Below are positions 53,623-64,000 of a stretch of DNA of 64,000 nt, one piece after another. The stretch comes from Marsupella aquatica (Eukaryota; Plantae; Marchantiophyta). The translations under genes were made by a program, and so were the position numbers. The DNA is taken from NCBI GenBank assembly GCA_973895155.1, contig OZ316891.1, positions 13,237,037 through 13,301,036 on the forward strand. The letters are read 5' to 3'. The stretch's first letter is position 1, and the number at the start of each line of letters is the position of its first letter. A model generated the notes under the pieces. That model had not been told where the DNA came from, made no database searches, and saw only the letters and a program-made list of their open reading frames with translations.

Positions 53623-54445
53623 TTAGATCACCTAGAGGAGGTCCAAAGTTTTGTTCAGTGGGCTCAGTCTGTAAAGATTTCCGTTAACATGGGAACCACT
53701 AAAAGTCAAGTTTATTTTTGGTCTGGTTAATATTTTGGCATTTGAATGGGCGCTTGAAGAAAATGGACATTTTGCCTCAAATTGCCTCCCAGGTCTTGTG
53801 AAGTGCCCCTAACCGGAATCAACTCTACCTTTGAAGAAGTCCAACCATCTATGGTGCCAGTCATTTTTTCTAAGCCAAATTTGCCAAAATCTTACCTCCA
53901 AATTGCTCCCATGAATGGAACAAGGGGAAAATCAGCGAAAAATCAAGCCATTGGTGAAACACAGATCTATGGGTAAAGTTCATTTTCCAGATCTTGGTAG
54001 AGCTAATGGCTATCCATGATTTCAGGAGAATCTGACTGCTGATAGATCTATAATAGTAGAATAGAGGTTCCCATGGTGGAGTGGGGAATGTGAAATAGAA
54101 GATTTTAAGAATAGTACTTATCTAATTTGCTCGGAGTAATTTCTGACCATTACATATCTCGAGATTGATGGACAACCATCAGATTCTGGCAAGATGGAAA
54201 ACTGGCTAATCCAAGAAAAGCAACTGGCTACTTTGGCCAAAAGTGGCTAATACCTCTTAGTGGGTGGATTTTGTCAAAATTTGACAACTAAAAATTACAC
54301 CATGGGGAGGCAATAGCTCCCTTGGTTTTCCCAACCAGCACTAAAATATGGCAGCTTGGTGAAACTAGCAGACCCTGAAGTTGGCACCAAATGCCTGTTG
54401 CATCCCTCTACTGCCTCCTCCCCTCAAATCTTATTCCGGGCTCTA

Positions 54446-55143
54446 TAGGGAGTCTCAAAGCTTCACAGTTACTGATGATGGCTTTTGGCCATAAAACAAA
54501 TGGCCATAGCTATTTTTGAAGGGTAATGTAAATGTTTATTTGGTATCATTAGCCTGATTGGTGAGTGCATATGACCAATGTTTATGGCACAAGGTTATGG
54601 ATAATGAAGGTGGTAGCCATAACTTTTTCTGTAACCTTAACTAACAGTAACTACACTCTCCACCTTGAATAGTGTGAGTATACAATTAAAGTGACACACT
54701 AAATTGTGTGAACAATTCTTTTCTAACCCTAATCACACTAAGTAAGTATGTTAAGTCACAGTATTTTCTTTGTATTGAGAATCAGCTTGAGTCTCAGTTT
54801 TATGCCTCGATTCACAGTGTGCATATATTCAAGAGTAACATCTCAATTAGTGAGACCAAAGTGTGACTTTTGTGTGAACTGTGACACCTAAATTAATGTA
54901 ATTAATGTGAGAGGCATGACTTTGTGGTATCTCACTTGAGTAGAGATTGATAGGTATTGGGTTAACTTTTGTGGGCCGACTCTTCCTAACTATTGTGGTT
55001 GACTCTTCCTTTTCTGTGGGGTTTCACATCACAAATTTTCCGGCTACCCCATTAGTGTGAGTAATACTAATACTAATTGCACTCTACATTGTACTTAATT
55101 AGGATGAATCAAATTGTGAAATTGTGAATTTTGAGACCCCCTA
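54446..55143. mobile_element. Second MITE-like element with the same termini
   Basis: TAGGGAGTCTCAAAGCTTCACA ... TGTGAATTTTGAGACCCCCTA. Confidence 0.65.
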
Positions 55144-55699
55144 ATGTGACCGTGACGTTGCATCCAGGGATTGCTTCGAGGGAAAAGCCATAGCTTCCCA
55201 GGGAAAGCCATGTCTGTCACAGAATTCCAGAGCGAACCTGTTGGTGAACAGCCATGGGATGAGAGGTCTGTGCTGCTCCAGGAAGTGCTCACACCAGGTC
55301 TTGGGAGGATTGACCTGAAATGGCGAGGTAATCTATGCTCAGCCGGTAATAAGCTTCCTGCGAGAGTCTCAGACGGTGCCACTAGAGCAAGATCTGGAGT
55401 TGAAGTAAGTGTTGGGCCCATCTCCACACAGGTCTGGATAGTGTCGGGCAAGTCCAGACGCAGACGCAGTAGTAGTGGATAACGTGCTCCATGTCACTCG
55501 CGTTGCAGCTGGTGCGGTGTGTGCTGAAGGGGTATCTGTAGGGGAGCTGCGCCATTCTCCGATTCTCCCGAGCTGCGCCATTCTCCAATGTTGAGTAGCG
55601 GGGAGCATGATGCGCATTTGAAGTTGGACTGTTCCAGGAGACAATTCAAATCCTGAACCAGAAGCAAGTCCATCAGACGAGGGTGGTATATTTCCAAGA

Positions 55700-58600
55700 A
55701 TGGCACCTGCAGCGCTCCTGATTTCGGGGCCAGTTCAATCGATTTGCCTTTCCTGCAGCGCTGCGAGAAAATGGCAGCCAAAGAGATTGGTGTCGGCTCT
55801 GACTCGAGCGTCACCTATTGGAAATATGGACAAGACGCCTGTCAAGTCTTCGATTTCGTTTCGGCCTTGGGACTCTGTGTTTGGAAGGCGGAGAAGGTCG
55901 GGCTTAGGGCCTGAGACTGCAAGTGGTTCATCCAGGCATGTGTTCACTGCAGCTGTAGAGGGAAGCATTGCCGTGGACGAAACACAGACCTCGGTGCCTG
56001 AAAACGTCAGTGAGGACTTGGAGGAGAATGCAGAGTCCGTCTCAGCTGCAGCTGCCCCGCCGCCCGCAAAGGCAGAGAGATTCAAGCCTCGGATTCCAGG
56101 CCTAAAAGCCAGAAGAGAGGATCCTACCGTCCCTGCGGAGGCCTTGTTAGAAGGAGCGGTGTTTACAGGGAAGGTTACAGCAGTTCAGTCGTTCGGAGCA
56201 TTTGTGAATTTTGGTGCTTTTACAGATGGGCTGGTTCACATCTCGAAAATGAGTACCGGCTATGTTAGTAATGTAGGCGATATTGTGAAATTGGGGCAAG
56301 AGGTGATAGTTACAATACTCAATGTGGAGCAATCATCTGGTCGCATAGCGCTCTCCATGGTAGACAAGGAAGAAAAAGAAGCTGCTGCCAAGACAGGTGA
56401 CGGTAGAGAAGGATCTCGTTTCCAGCAAGGGGCCGATGGGAGGCCTGTGAATAGAGGAAGAATTGCCGGAGGTGGAAGGCAAAACAGGCGAGATGAGCCA
56501 CAGAAGCCTCCCACGAAACTTTCCAAAGGGCAGGAGGTAGAGGGGACTGTGAAGAATAAGATAAGGTCAGGGGTTTTCGTTGAGCTCCCGGAAAATGAAG
56601 AGGGATTTCTTCGTTACTCCGACATTCCGGGAGGTGAGAACATGGCCCCCGAGTCCTCCTTGCAGACAGGGGAGACAATCAAGGCGACAGTGCTGAAGAT
56701 TGATCGGGGCAAGATTGTACTTACAATGAAGCCAATTGTGGACATCAGCAGTGTGAATCGGGAAATCAACAAGGGCAAGGATAGCGCTGCGACCAATCCT
56801 TTTGAGGCCGCTTTTCGTGCCTTTAATCTGATTCCGGCCAAACCCATTACCCCTGTTGAAGAGGATGTGACCGAGAATGAAATTGCTTCCCCAGACGCAG
56901 CTGGTGCGGTAGAAGAGGCTATTCCAGAGGCAGCTGCGGTTGTGGAAGAGGTCGTAGCAGATGTCACAGTTGCAGTGGGAGAGTCCCCTGTTGCAGAAGA
57001 GAAGAATGTTGTTCCAGAGGCCGTCGCTAGCGGTGTCGAAGCTCCACCTGTTGAAGAGGATGTTGTTCGAGAGGCCGTCGCTAGCGTTGTCGAAGCTCCA
57101 CCTGTTGAAGAGGAGGTTGTTCCAGAGGCCGCTACTTCTGTAGAGGACATTGTTAGTGACGGTACCGTGACACTTCCAGAGGAGATCTCCGCCGTCGAAG
57201 ATGCCCCTGTTGCCATTGAGGGATTGACGACGGATGAAGTTCTGAGAGAAATTGTTCCAGAGACAGAGGTTGCTGGTGTAGAACTTCCCATAGAAGCCGC
57301 TGCTGAAGAGCAGCCGGTGCCAGAGGCAGCTGCTCCTGTTGCTGAAGAGGAGGTTGCTGAAGAGGCAATTCCAGAGGTTGCTGATGTAGAACTTCCCATA
57401 GAAGCCGCTGCTGAAGAGCAGCCGGTGCCAGAGGCAGCTGCCCCTGTTGCTGAAGAGGAGGTTACTGAAGAGGCAATTCCAGAGGTTGCTGCTGTGGTTG
57501 AGAACTCCCCTGCTGTAGTAGAAGAAGAAGCCTCTGCTGAAGAGCAGTCGGTTCCAGTGGCTGCTGCCCTTGTTGCCAAAGAGGAGGTTGACCCAGAAGC
57601 TCCTTCTACTCCCACAGTCGAGGAGTCCCCGGTCGTAGAGAATAAGAAAGTGGGGGTTTCTGCTGCTATTGTAAAACAGCTCAGAGATGAAACAGGTGCT
57701 GGCATGATGGACTGCAAGAGAGCTCTTTCAGACACAGGGGGTGACATTGAGAAGGCTCGCGAAACTCTCAGAAAGAAAGGCCTTGCAAGTGCTGACAAGA
57801 AGGCGAGCAGAATTGCATCTGAAGGTTTGATAGGGAGCTACATTCATGATTCCAGAATTGGAGTGCTACTTGAAGTGAATTGTGAGACAGATTTTGTGTC
57901 GAGAGGAGCAGCTTTCAAGAGTTTAGTAGAGGACTTAGGGATGCAAGTGGTTGCTAGCCAACAAGTGCAGTATGTGTCCGTGGAAGATGTACCAGCTGAG
58001 GTGCTGAAGAAGGAGAAGGAGCTGGAAGCTCAGAGAGAGGATCTCGTCAACAAACCGGAGGCCATTCGTTCAAGGATTGTGGACGGGAAGGTATCGAAAA
58101 GACTAAATGAATTTGCCCTGCTGGAGCAACCCTACATCCGGGATGATAAGATCTTGGTGAAAGATTTAGTGAAGCAAACTGTTGCAACTTTGGGTGAGAA
58201 TATCAAAGTCCGCAGGTTTCAACGTTACGTCCTTGGTGAGGGGCTTCAAAAGAAAGGTACTGACTTTGCAGCTGAGGTTGCTGCTCAAACAGCAGTCAAA
58301 GCACCCGCGGAGGTTCCGAAGGCAAAAGAGACACCCGTAGAGGCTCCGACGACAGAAGAGGCACCTCCTGCCCCTCTCAATACTGACAAGATTGTGGTCG
58401 TTTCAGCTGCCCTTGTGAAACAACTCAGAGATCAGACAGGAGCTGGAATGATGGATTGCAAAAAGGCTCTTACTTCCACCGAGAACGATTTGGAGAAGGC
58501 TGTGGAATTTCTGCGTAAGAAGGGTCTCGCCGGTGCTGACAAGAAGGCCAGCCGGTTGGCTTCAGAAGGCTTGGTAGGGACTTATATTCATGATGGACGG

Positions 58601-59050
58601 ATCGGTATCTTGATAGAAGTGAACTGTGAGACCGACTTTGTGGCTAGAGGAGAAACGTTCAAGGAGCTGGTGGACGACTTGGCAATGCAAATAGCTGCGT
58701 ATCCTCTCGTTGAGGTTGTGAGTGTGGATGATGTGCCCTCGGAGGTGGTTGCCAAAGAGAAGGAGCTGGAATCAGGGAAGGAAGACCTGGCCAGCAAGCC
58801 AGAAGCAATTCGGGCAAAGATAGTAGATGGCAGGGTAACCAAGAGGCTTGCAGAGCTTGCACTGTTGGAGCAGCCCTTTATTAAGGACGATAAGAAGTTG
58901 GTGAAGGATGTTGTGAAGGAAGCTACAGCGTCTTTGGGGGAGAACATCCAAGTCAGAAGGTTCACACGGTTCAATCTAGGGGAAGGCATAGAGAAAAAGG
59001 TCGTAGATTTTGCATCAGAAGTCGCAGCTCAAACTGGCAGGAAGGATTAA
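55700..59050 (+). CDS. PETs: Chloroplast polyprotein of EF-Ts (PSRP-7-like S1 domains + two EF-Ts units), 1116 aa, single coding exon
   Basis: A Ser/Arg-rich transit-like N-terminus, then two S1 domains ([28 protein letters not shown]; [18 protein letters not shown]) and an acidic E/A/V/P linker. Two EF-Ts units follow ([16 protein letters not shown]...EVNCETDFV; [17 protein letters not shown]...[10 protein letters not shown]). Confidence 0.97.
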   Translation: MAPAALLISGPVQSICLSCSAARKWQPKRLVSALTRASPIGNMDKTPVKSSISFRPWDSVFGRRRRSGLGPETASGSSRHVFTAAVEGSIAVDETQTSVPENVSEDLEENAESVSAAAAPPPAKAERFKPRIPGLKARREDPTVPAEALLEGAVFTGKVTAVQSFGAFVNFGAFTDGLVHISKMSTGYVSNVGDIVKLGQEVIVTILNVEQSSGRIALSMVDKEEKEAAAKTGDGREGSRFQQGADGRPVNRGRIAGGGRQNRRDEPQKPPTKLSKGQEVEGTVKNKIRSGVFVELPENEEGFLRYSDIPGGENMAPESSLQTGETIKATVLKIDRGKIVLTMKPIVDISSVNREINKGKDSAATNPFEAAFRAFNLIPAKPITPVEEDVTENEIASPDAAGAVEEAIPEAAAVVEEVVADVTVAVGESPVAEEKNVVPEAVASGVEAPPVEEDVVREAVASVVEAPPVEEEVVPEAATSVEDIVSDGTVTLPEEISAVEDAPVAIEGLTTDEVLREIVPETEVAGVELPIEAAAEEQPVPEAAAPVAEEEVAEEAIPEVADVELPIEAAAEEQPVPEAAAPVAEEEVTEEAIPEVAAVVENSPAVVEEEASAEEQSVPVAAALVAKEEVDPEAPSTPTVEESPVVENKKVGVSAAIVKQLRDETGAGMMDCKRALSDTGGDIEKARETLRKKGLASADKKASRIASEGLIGSYIHDSRIGVLLEVNCETDFVSRGAAFKSLVEDLGMQVVASQQVQYVSVEDVPAEVLKKEKELEAQREDLVNKPEAIRSRIVDGKVSKRLNEFALLEQPYIRDDKILVKDLVKQTVATLGENIKVRRFQRYVLGEGLQKKGTDFAAEVAAQTAVKAPAEVPKAKETPVEAPTTEEAPPAPLNTDKIVVVSAALVKQLRDQTGAGMMDCKKALTSTENDLEKAVEFLRKKGLAGADKKASRLASEGLVGTYIHDGRIGILIEVNCETDFVARGETFKELVDDLAMQIAAYPLVEVVSVDDVPSEVVAKEKELESGKEDLASKPEAIRAKIVDGRVTKRLAELALLEQPFIKDDKKLVKDVVKEATASLGENIQVRRFTRFNLGEGIEKKVVDFASEVAAQTGRKD
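57008..57491 (+). repeat. In-frame coding tandem duplications in the PETs linker (2 x 54 bp and 2 x 108 bp)
   Basis: 54-bp units start at 57008 and 57062; 108-bp units start at 57264 and 57372. They are nearly identical at DNA level. Confidence 0.95.
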
Positions 59051-61359
59051 ATAGGTAGAGTTGGTTATCGCACGGCTGCGGAGGACATCTGAAGTGGATT
59101 GAACCATTAGGGGACGATCCAATTGGAATTCATTGATCCAAGAGTTCTCTTGATTTTAGTATGAGCTAAAGCTCTTAAGCATGGTAACAGGCTTAGATCT
59201 CCGATTGCCATAGTCATACTCAAGTTTTTAAGGTCAACTTGATTTCATTGCGCAAAGCGTTCGTAAATTTTACTCTCCTGTCGCGTACGAAGGTCCATTG
59301 AAGACGTGATTCTTTGTTCTAATCACCCAAATCCGTACAAGTGGAGTCTGCCATGGTCCAAATTATGACGAGCGTACTTCGATCTGGTAACCAATAAATG
59401 GAAAAACAGTGCGCTCGTTGGGGAGTGATATGCATGTTGATGTGAGACGAATGCTTCCCTTTGGGATGAGTTTTTGTTACAGGGTTTCATTCCTGTTCCT
59501 GTTGCCAGTTTTCGTTTGTTATATTAGTGGTACATACAAGGTGCGCTTGCCTGCCGATGTGGGCCCTCACATTATCAATTGCAAATGTGGTTCTCGTTGG
59601 AGGCCGACGACATGATCCTCGAATGACATTGTCTCCATGTGATGAGCATCCTTGCCTTGCCTTTCACATGGTATGAACATTATCATCGGAACAAACTGGA
59701 GCCACGTCGAGTCTGATCAACTTCATATTTTGGGATTGGAGTCGTTGGATTTGGAGGTCTAACAGAAGAAGGTGTGATCTGTTTGCCGAGTACAAAGTCC
59801 AGGATTCTTAGTCCAAGGAACTAGAAGCCCTACCGGATCAAAGTGGTGAAAGTAAGGGTGTGTCCGAATCTAGACGAGCAGAAAACGATTCACTCCAAAA
59901 GAACAAGCATCACCAGTAAGAAAAGTCTCTGGATGGAAAAGTATTGACACGTCTGAAAATCTATCGGACTTCTCATCCGTTTTCCTGTCACCTACTTTGA
60001 ATTCTCTCGAACAAATTAAATGGGGGAGGTCAGCAGTGTAACGATAAGACTTCTCCACAAGCTACACAGAATGCACGCACTGGCATCCTAGAGTCCTTGT
60101 TATAACCATCTCTTCCGCTCCCCCAGTGACCAATGCAGTTTCACATCATTAGGTGATTTGCCAAGCCAAGAAAGCGAAAGGCTCTAGATTGCCCCAGATT
60201 GCACTGTTGGGCAAGTCTCATGGATTATTGATTGGGTAGACAAAATTTGATTTGGAGATATATTAAGTCACCCATGTTATTTTTATTAAAAATTGTTTGT
60301 CTACAAAGCACCCAAGGCAGTTTTGCAGATACCATAGTTAAAACTAATCACAACCAGTGAAGGAAGGGACAAAGGCGAGATGTAAGGGCTTGGTTTTTTG
60401 TTACTAGTTCAAATCAGGTGATGAAGCGTGCCTCGAGTGTCAATTGTGTTCCAATGAGCTATGGGTTTCCTTCTCCCCCTTCTTACTTCTTGGGCTTATG
60501 CGCTGGTCCTTTTGGCTTTTTGGTCCTTTGCCTTTTCTCCCTTGATCAAGTTTCTTGTCTGAGGTATTTTGTCTCCCAAGTTGGGTGTTCTTTGTTTTTG
60601 GCAATTTGAACTATACATATATATAGAACTTGTCCTTTTCAGTCCTTGTATTTCCAAAATACTTCGCAACAGCGGTGCCTCTGCTGAGCTCTAAGTTTCA
60701 TCATGGCCTAGACATACTGACGGTCAACCTTAATTCTATACTGCCCAGCGCAAGAACATCTCCAGGGGTTTAAGGGTCAATAACATCTAAACCCAAAATT
60801 TTAGCCCATCATCTGGAGGCCTAGAAATTTAAAAAACCCCATATTGAGTTTGGTCAAGTCACTAGATATCCAAGGGAATCCAATTTTTTTTGGGTTATTT
60901 ACAAAGGACTGGGATAAATCTATCCAATGAACTTGTAATTGTCAAATTTAATAATTGGAATTGAGAGACCTACAAATTTCCAAAGATGATTGTCTGGTTT
61001 TTTTTGTCACATTTCACTCATATATGTAATATGTACTATATGAGCAGAGAAGAGGGTTTTGCTCCACTACATCCTGGTTGCAAAAGTCTACCCAAGCACA
61101 CTGGCAAACCTGGAGGTCCATTCTGGCTTCAATTTCCACAAATTACAGATCCAGGCACCCATTCAGACTAATGAATTCAAATGGAAAGGTTTCAGCAATT
61201 GGGACTACTGACTATGAGCAACGCGTGATACTGGGCTAGAGCCTTTAATTAGATTCAATTGCAGATCATTGGTCCATGACTACTTGTATTACACTCGAAG
61301 AGATTGTTGTTGTAGGTCAATAAAACAAGCCCAGGATGCATGTGGTTAATATATTGAAA

Positions 61360-62440
61360 CTAGCCCAATGCCCGTGCGTTGCACAAAAGATGTCGAGGTG
61401 ATAAAAGATGTCAAGGAGAGAAATAATGTCAAGGTGATAAAAGATGTGGAGGAGAGAAAAGACGTCGAGGTGATAAAACATGTTGTGGAGAGAAAAGATG
61501 TCGAGGTGAACAAACAATGTTGAAGTGAGCAAAATTTATCGAGGTGATAGAAAAGGTTGAGGAGAGAAAAGATTTTGAGGCGAGCTAAAGATGTCAAGGT
61601 GAGCAAAAGATGTGGAGGAGAGAAAAGATGTGAGAAAAGAAATAGATTTTGAGATGAGAAGAAGATTTAGAGGAGGGAAAATATGTCAAGGAAAGCAAAA
61701 TATGTCAAAGGTGAGCAAAAAATGTTGAGGTGATAAAAGATGTTGGGATAAAAAAGATGTTGAGGTGAGAAAAAGATTTTGAAGAGAGAAGATTGTCAAG
61801 CAAGACATGTCTTGTGGAAAAAAATGTTGGGAGTTTGATGTTATTGGCCTTCATTAAAGATGCATTCTTTGAAAAGTCTTTTAAAAATAATGTTGAAGGT
61901 CTAGATAGGATATTTGGGAACATTTTGCTACAAAAGGTAATTAAAACAAATGAACAGAGTCCAAAAATGTAAAAATAGTTGCCTTCACTTTTGCATTTGT
62001 TTTCTCTGGAAAAAGATGTTGTTATTCTTGTGAAACTATGTTGTTGGGGAGAGCAACGATGTGGGAGGATGAGAGGGATCGCAAGAGAGGTGATGGCCCC
62101 CGGGTGCTTTGCGGGGTCAAGGTGTGGTTGCACAATACTATTGGGAGGGGAACATTTTCTCATGCCCCAATAGAAAAAGACATCAAGGACAAAAAAAATG
62201 TTATGGTGAGATAAAGATGTCAGTTAATGTGAGAAAAAGATCATGACAAAATAAGACAAATCTGTTGAGGAAAGATAATTATGTAACGATTAGAAAAATA
62301 TGTGAAGGCAATAGAAGATGTCAAGGCAAGGCAAAAAAATAGAAATTTTGCAATCATGTAGTTATTGAGGTATGTTATGTGTGATCTTGTCGACCTGCAA
62401 TGTTGTGGTTGTGTTCAATAACCCGTGCATGACACATAGA
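61360..62440 (-). mobile_element. Helitron-like minisatellite element
   Basis: A|CTAGCCCAATGCCCGTGCGTTGCAC, the best-preserved terminus, followed by the AAAAGATGTCGAGGTGA array. The right boundary is approximate. Confidence 0.75.
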
Positions 62441-63041
62441 AATTGGAGATGTGAGATAGTGGCCACCACATCATAGAATCCAAGCATAATAGAGTGACAC
62501 CAAAAAACATCTTTTTTTTAAGTTTCAAATTTCTAGAGAAAGCTTTTTTGTCTGTATTTCATTTAGATTCTTCTAATTATGTTTTCTAATTAAGTTTTAA
62601 TCTTGGTCAGGTGCAGGAAAGTCAAAGAGCAGCTTTGGGGCAGGCATTTATTTTAGATGGTGTTTATGGATAGATCTGATGGTGTCAAAAACTAAATGGT
62701 TTAATGAAGGGTCAAGATTGGTTGTCGCTTTTTGTTGGGTCTGTGAATGGATGATCCTACCTTTTTGGCGGGATAGGGTATTATAGTGGTAGATTATTAT
62801 GGTGACCTGGATATTAGACTGCTTTAAACATCTTTGAACATGGACAATGAGGAAACATTTTGAGTCGGGGCAAAAATGCTGAGGAGAGGTAGGTGAGGCA
62901 AGGGTTGCCGCGATGTCATTGTGGCACTGTTATTAGGTGTGCAAGTGTAGGTTGCAAAAATATTCAAACCATATAAAGCAATCCTCTTGACAAAGACATA
63001 ATGCGTGAACCTTGGAATACAAATGTCAAGCCACGTGTTTG

Positions 63042-64000
63042 ATAGCCCAATGCTGGTGCATTGCACAACGTTGTTGTGAAATTGCCATGTCTCGTTTATT
63101 AGCGCAGGAACACACGTTGCATAGAAGATATCCTCATGGAAAAGATGTTGTTATGTTAAAGAGGTTGATCAATCCAAAAAGGATGATTGTCATTGCATAA
63201 GGTTGTCATGCAAAAATTAAAGTTGTTGAACATAATTGTTTAAGAGCAAAAGTATTGTTCTTTGTAAGAGCATCCCCACCAGACTCGGTATCCCAGGACG
63301 CGGTATACCACCGTTTGGTGAGAAAAGTTGCGTCCAGGGCCTTACTGGTGCGCGCCGTCCGGTAGGGTACCCCACCCGTCTCGGTATTATACTGCGCCAA
63401 CCATGCAAAGGGACTTTAAGAGCACCCCACCAAGGAAGCCACAGCTGTTGGTTCCTCCAAAGATGCACATTTGTAGGTAGTTGGATTGGGATGGAGTGTT
63501 CGAGCGGGCAAGGCTAGCGCGCGCCAGAATGCCGCGCGGGAGGTCACTTTTGGCGAGATGGGATTGCGTTTTAAAAAATACCGCGTTCTGGTGGGGATAC
63601 TAATTAAATTGACCTGCGTGGGCTCTGTGGCGGTAAACCCTCACCGTGCACCTGTTTACTGCATCCGGTGGGGATGCACTAAGTGTTGTTAGCATTAGCA
63701 AAGATTGTCACATGGAAATTGTGCATGCAAAAAGGACATTGTTTAAATAAACTTTCAAGTGTGAATTGTTGGGATGGGAAAGAGATGGAAATTGCATACA
63801 AAATCATGAATGCAGTTGATACTGAAAATTGTGATCCAAAAAGAGTGTGATAAGAAGACACACAATTATGATTCTCATATATTGCCTTGGGCCAGGTGTT
63901 ATCCATTTATGCTAAATATGATTGGTACTAAAAATTATAGACAGAAAAAGGTGCAATTAAACATGAAATTTTGTGACACCAAGGTGTTGTAGCAAGAGTG
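63042..64000 (-). mobile_element. Degenerate Helitron-like element hosting a Tourist-like MITE
   Basis: ATAGCCCAATGCTGGTGCATTGCAC at 63042, then a TGTTG/AAGATG-rich body that resumes after the MITE. Confidence 0.5.
63268..63679. mobile_element. PIF/Harbinger (Tourist-like) MITE, 412 bp, TAA target duplication
   Basis: TAA|GAGCATCCCCACC ... GGTGGGGATGCAC|TAA. Confidence 0.85.

Noticed and set aside
56614-57798. 394-aa Ser/Thr/Ala-rich antisense ORF
   Set aside because: It is the in-register shadow of the Glu/Ala/Val-rich PETs linker, whose codons rarely produce antisense stops.
59639-59716. Box C (GTGATGA) ... box D (CTGA) spaced like a C/D snoRNA
   Set aside because: There is no terminal stem and no convincing rRNA-complementary guide that I can verify, and such motif pairs occur by chance. 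A snoRNA covariance-model search would settle it.

Overview
Intron-rich nuclear DNA from a land plant; a bryophyte-like origin is an inference from gene content and compact introns. I assembled six protein genes by hand from splice signals: (1) the 5' part of a CoA-type Nudix hydrolase (minus, running off the left edge); (2) eIF2-alpha (8 exons); (3) NAT10/Kre33 RNA cytidine acetyltransferase (26 exons); (4) an AVT1-type vacuolar amino acid transporter (minus, 12 exons); (5) MYG1 (7 exons); (6) the intronless plastid polyprotein of EF-Ts (2 S1 domains + 2 EF-Ts units). The intergenic DNA holds many small non-autonomous elements: a Helitron-like family with an 18-19 bp minisatellite (about 9 termini), several MITE/foldback elements, tRNA-derived SINEs and short tandem duplications. 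The most notable observations are a U12-type AT-AC intron behind a 20-nt micro-exon in the transporter, a uORF upstream of NAT10 that resembles NAT10's own first exon, a ~4 kb back-to-back Helitron structure enclosing a ~925 bp palindrome, and a near-perfect 58-bp hairpin. I found no convincing wholly new multi-gene system. All coordinates were read by eye and no searches were run.
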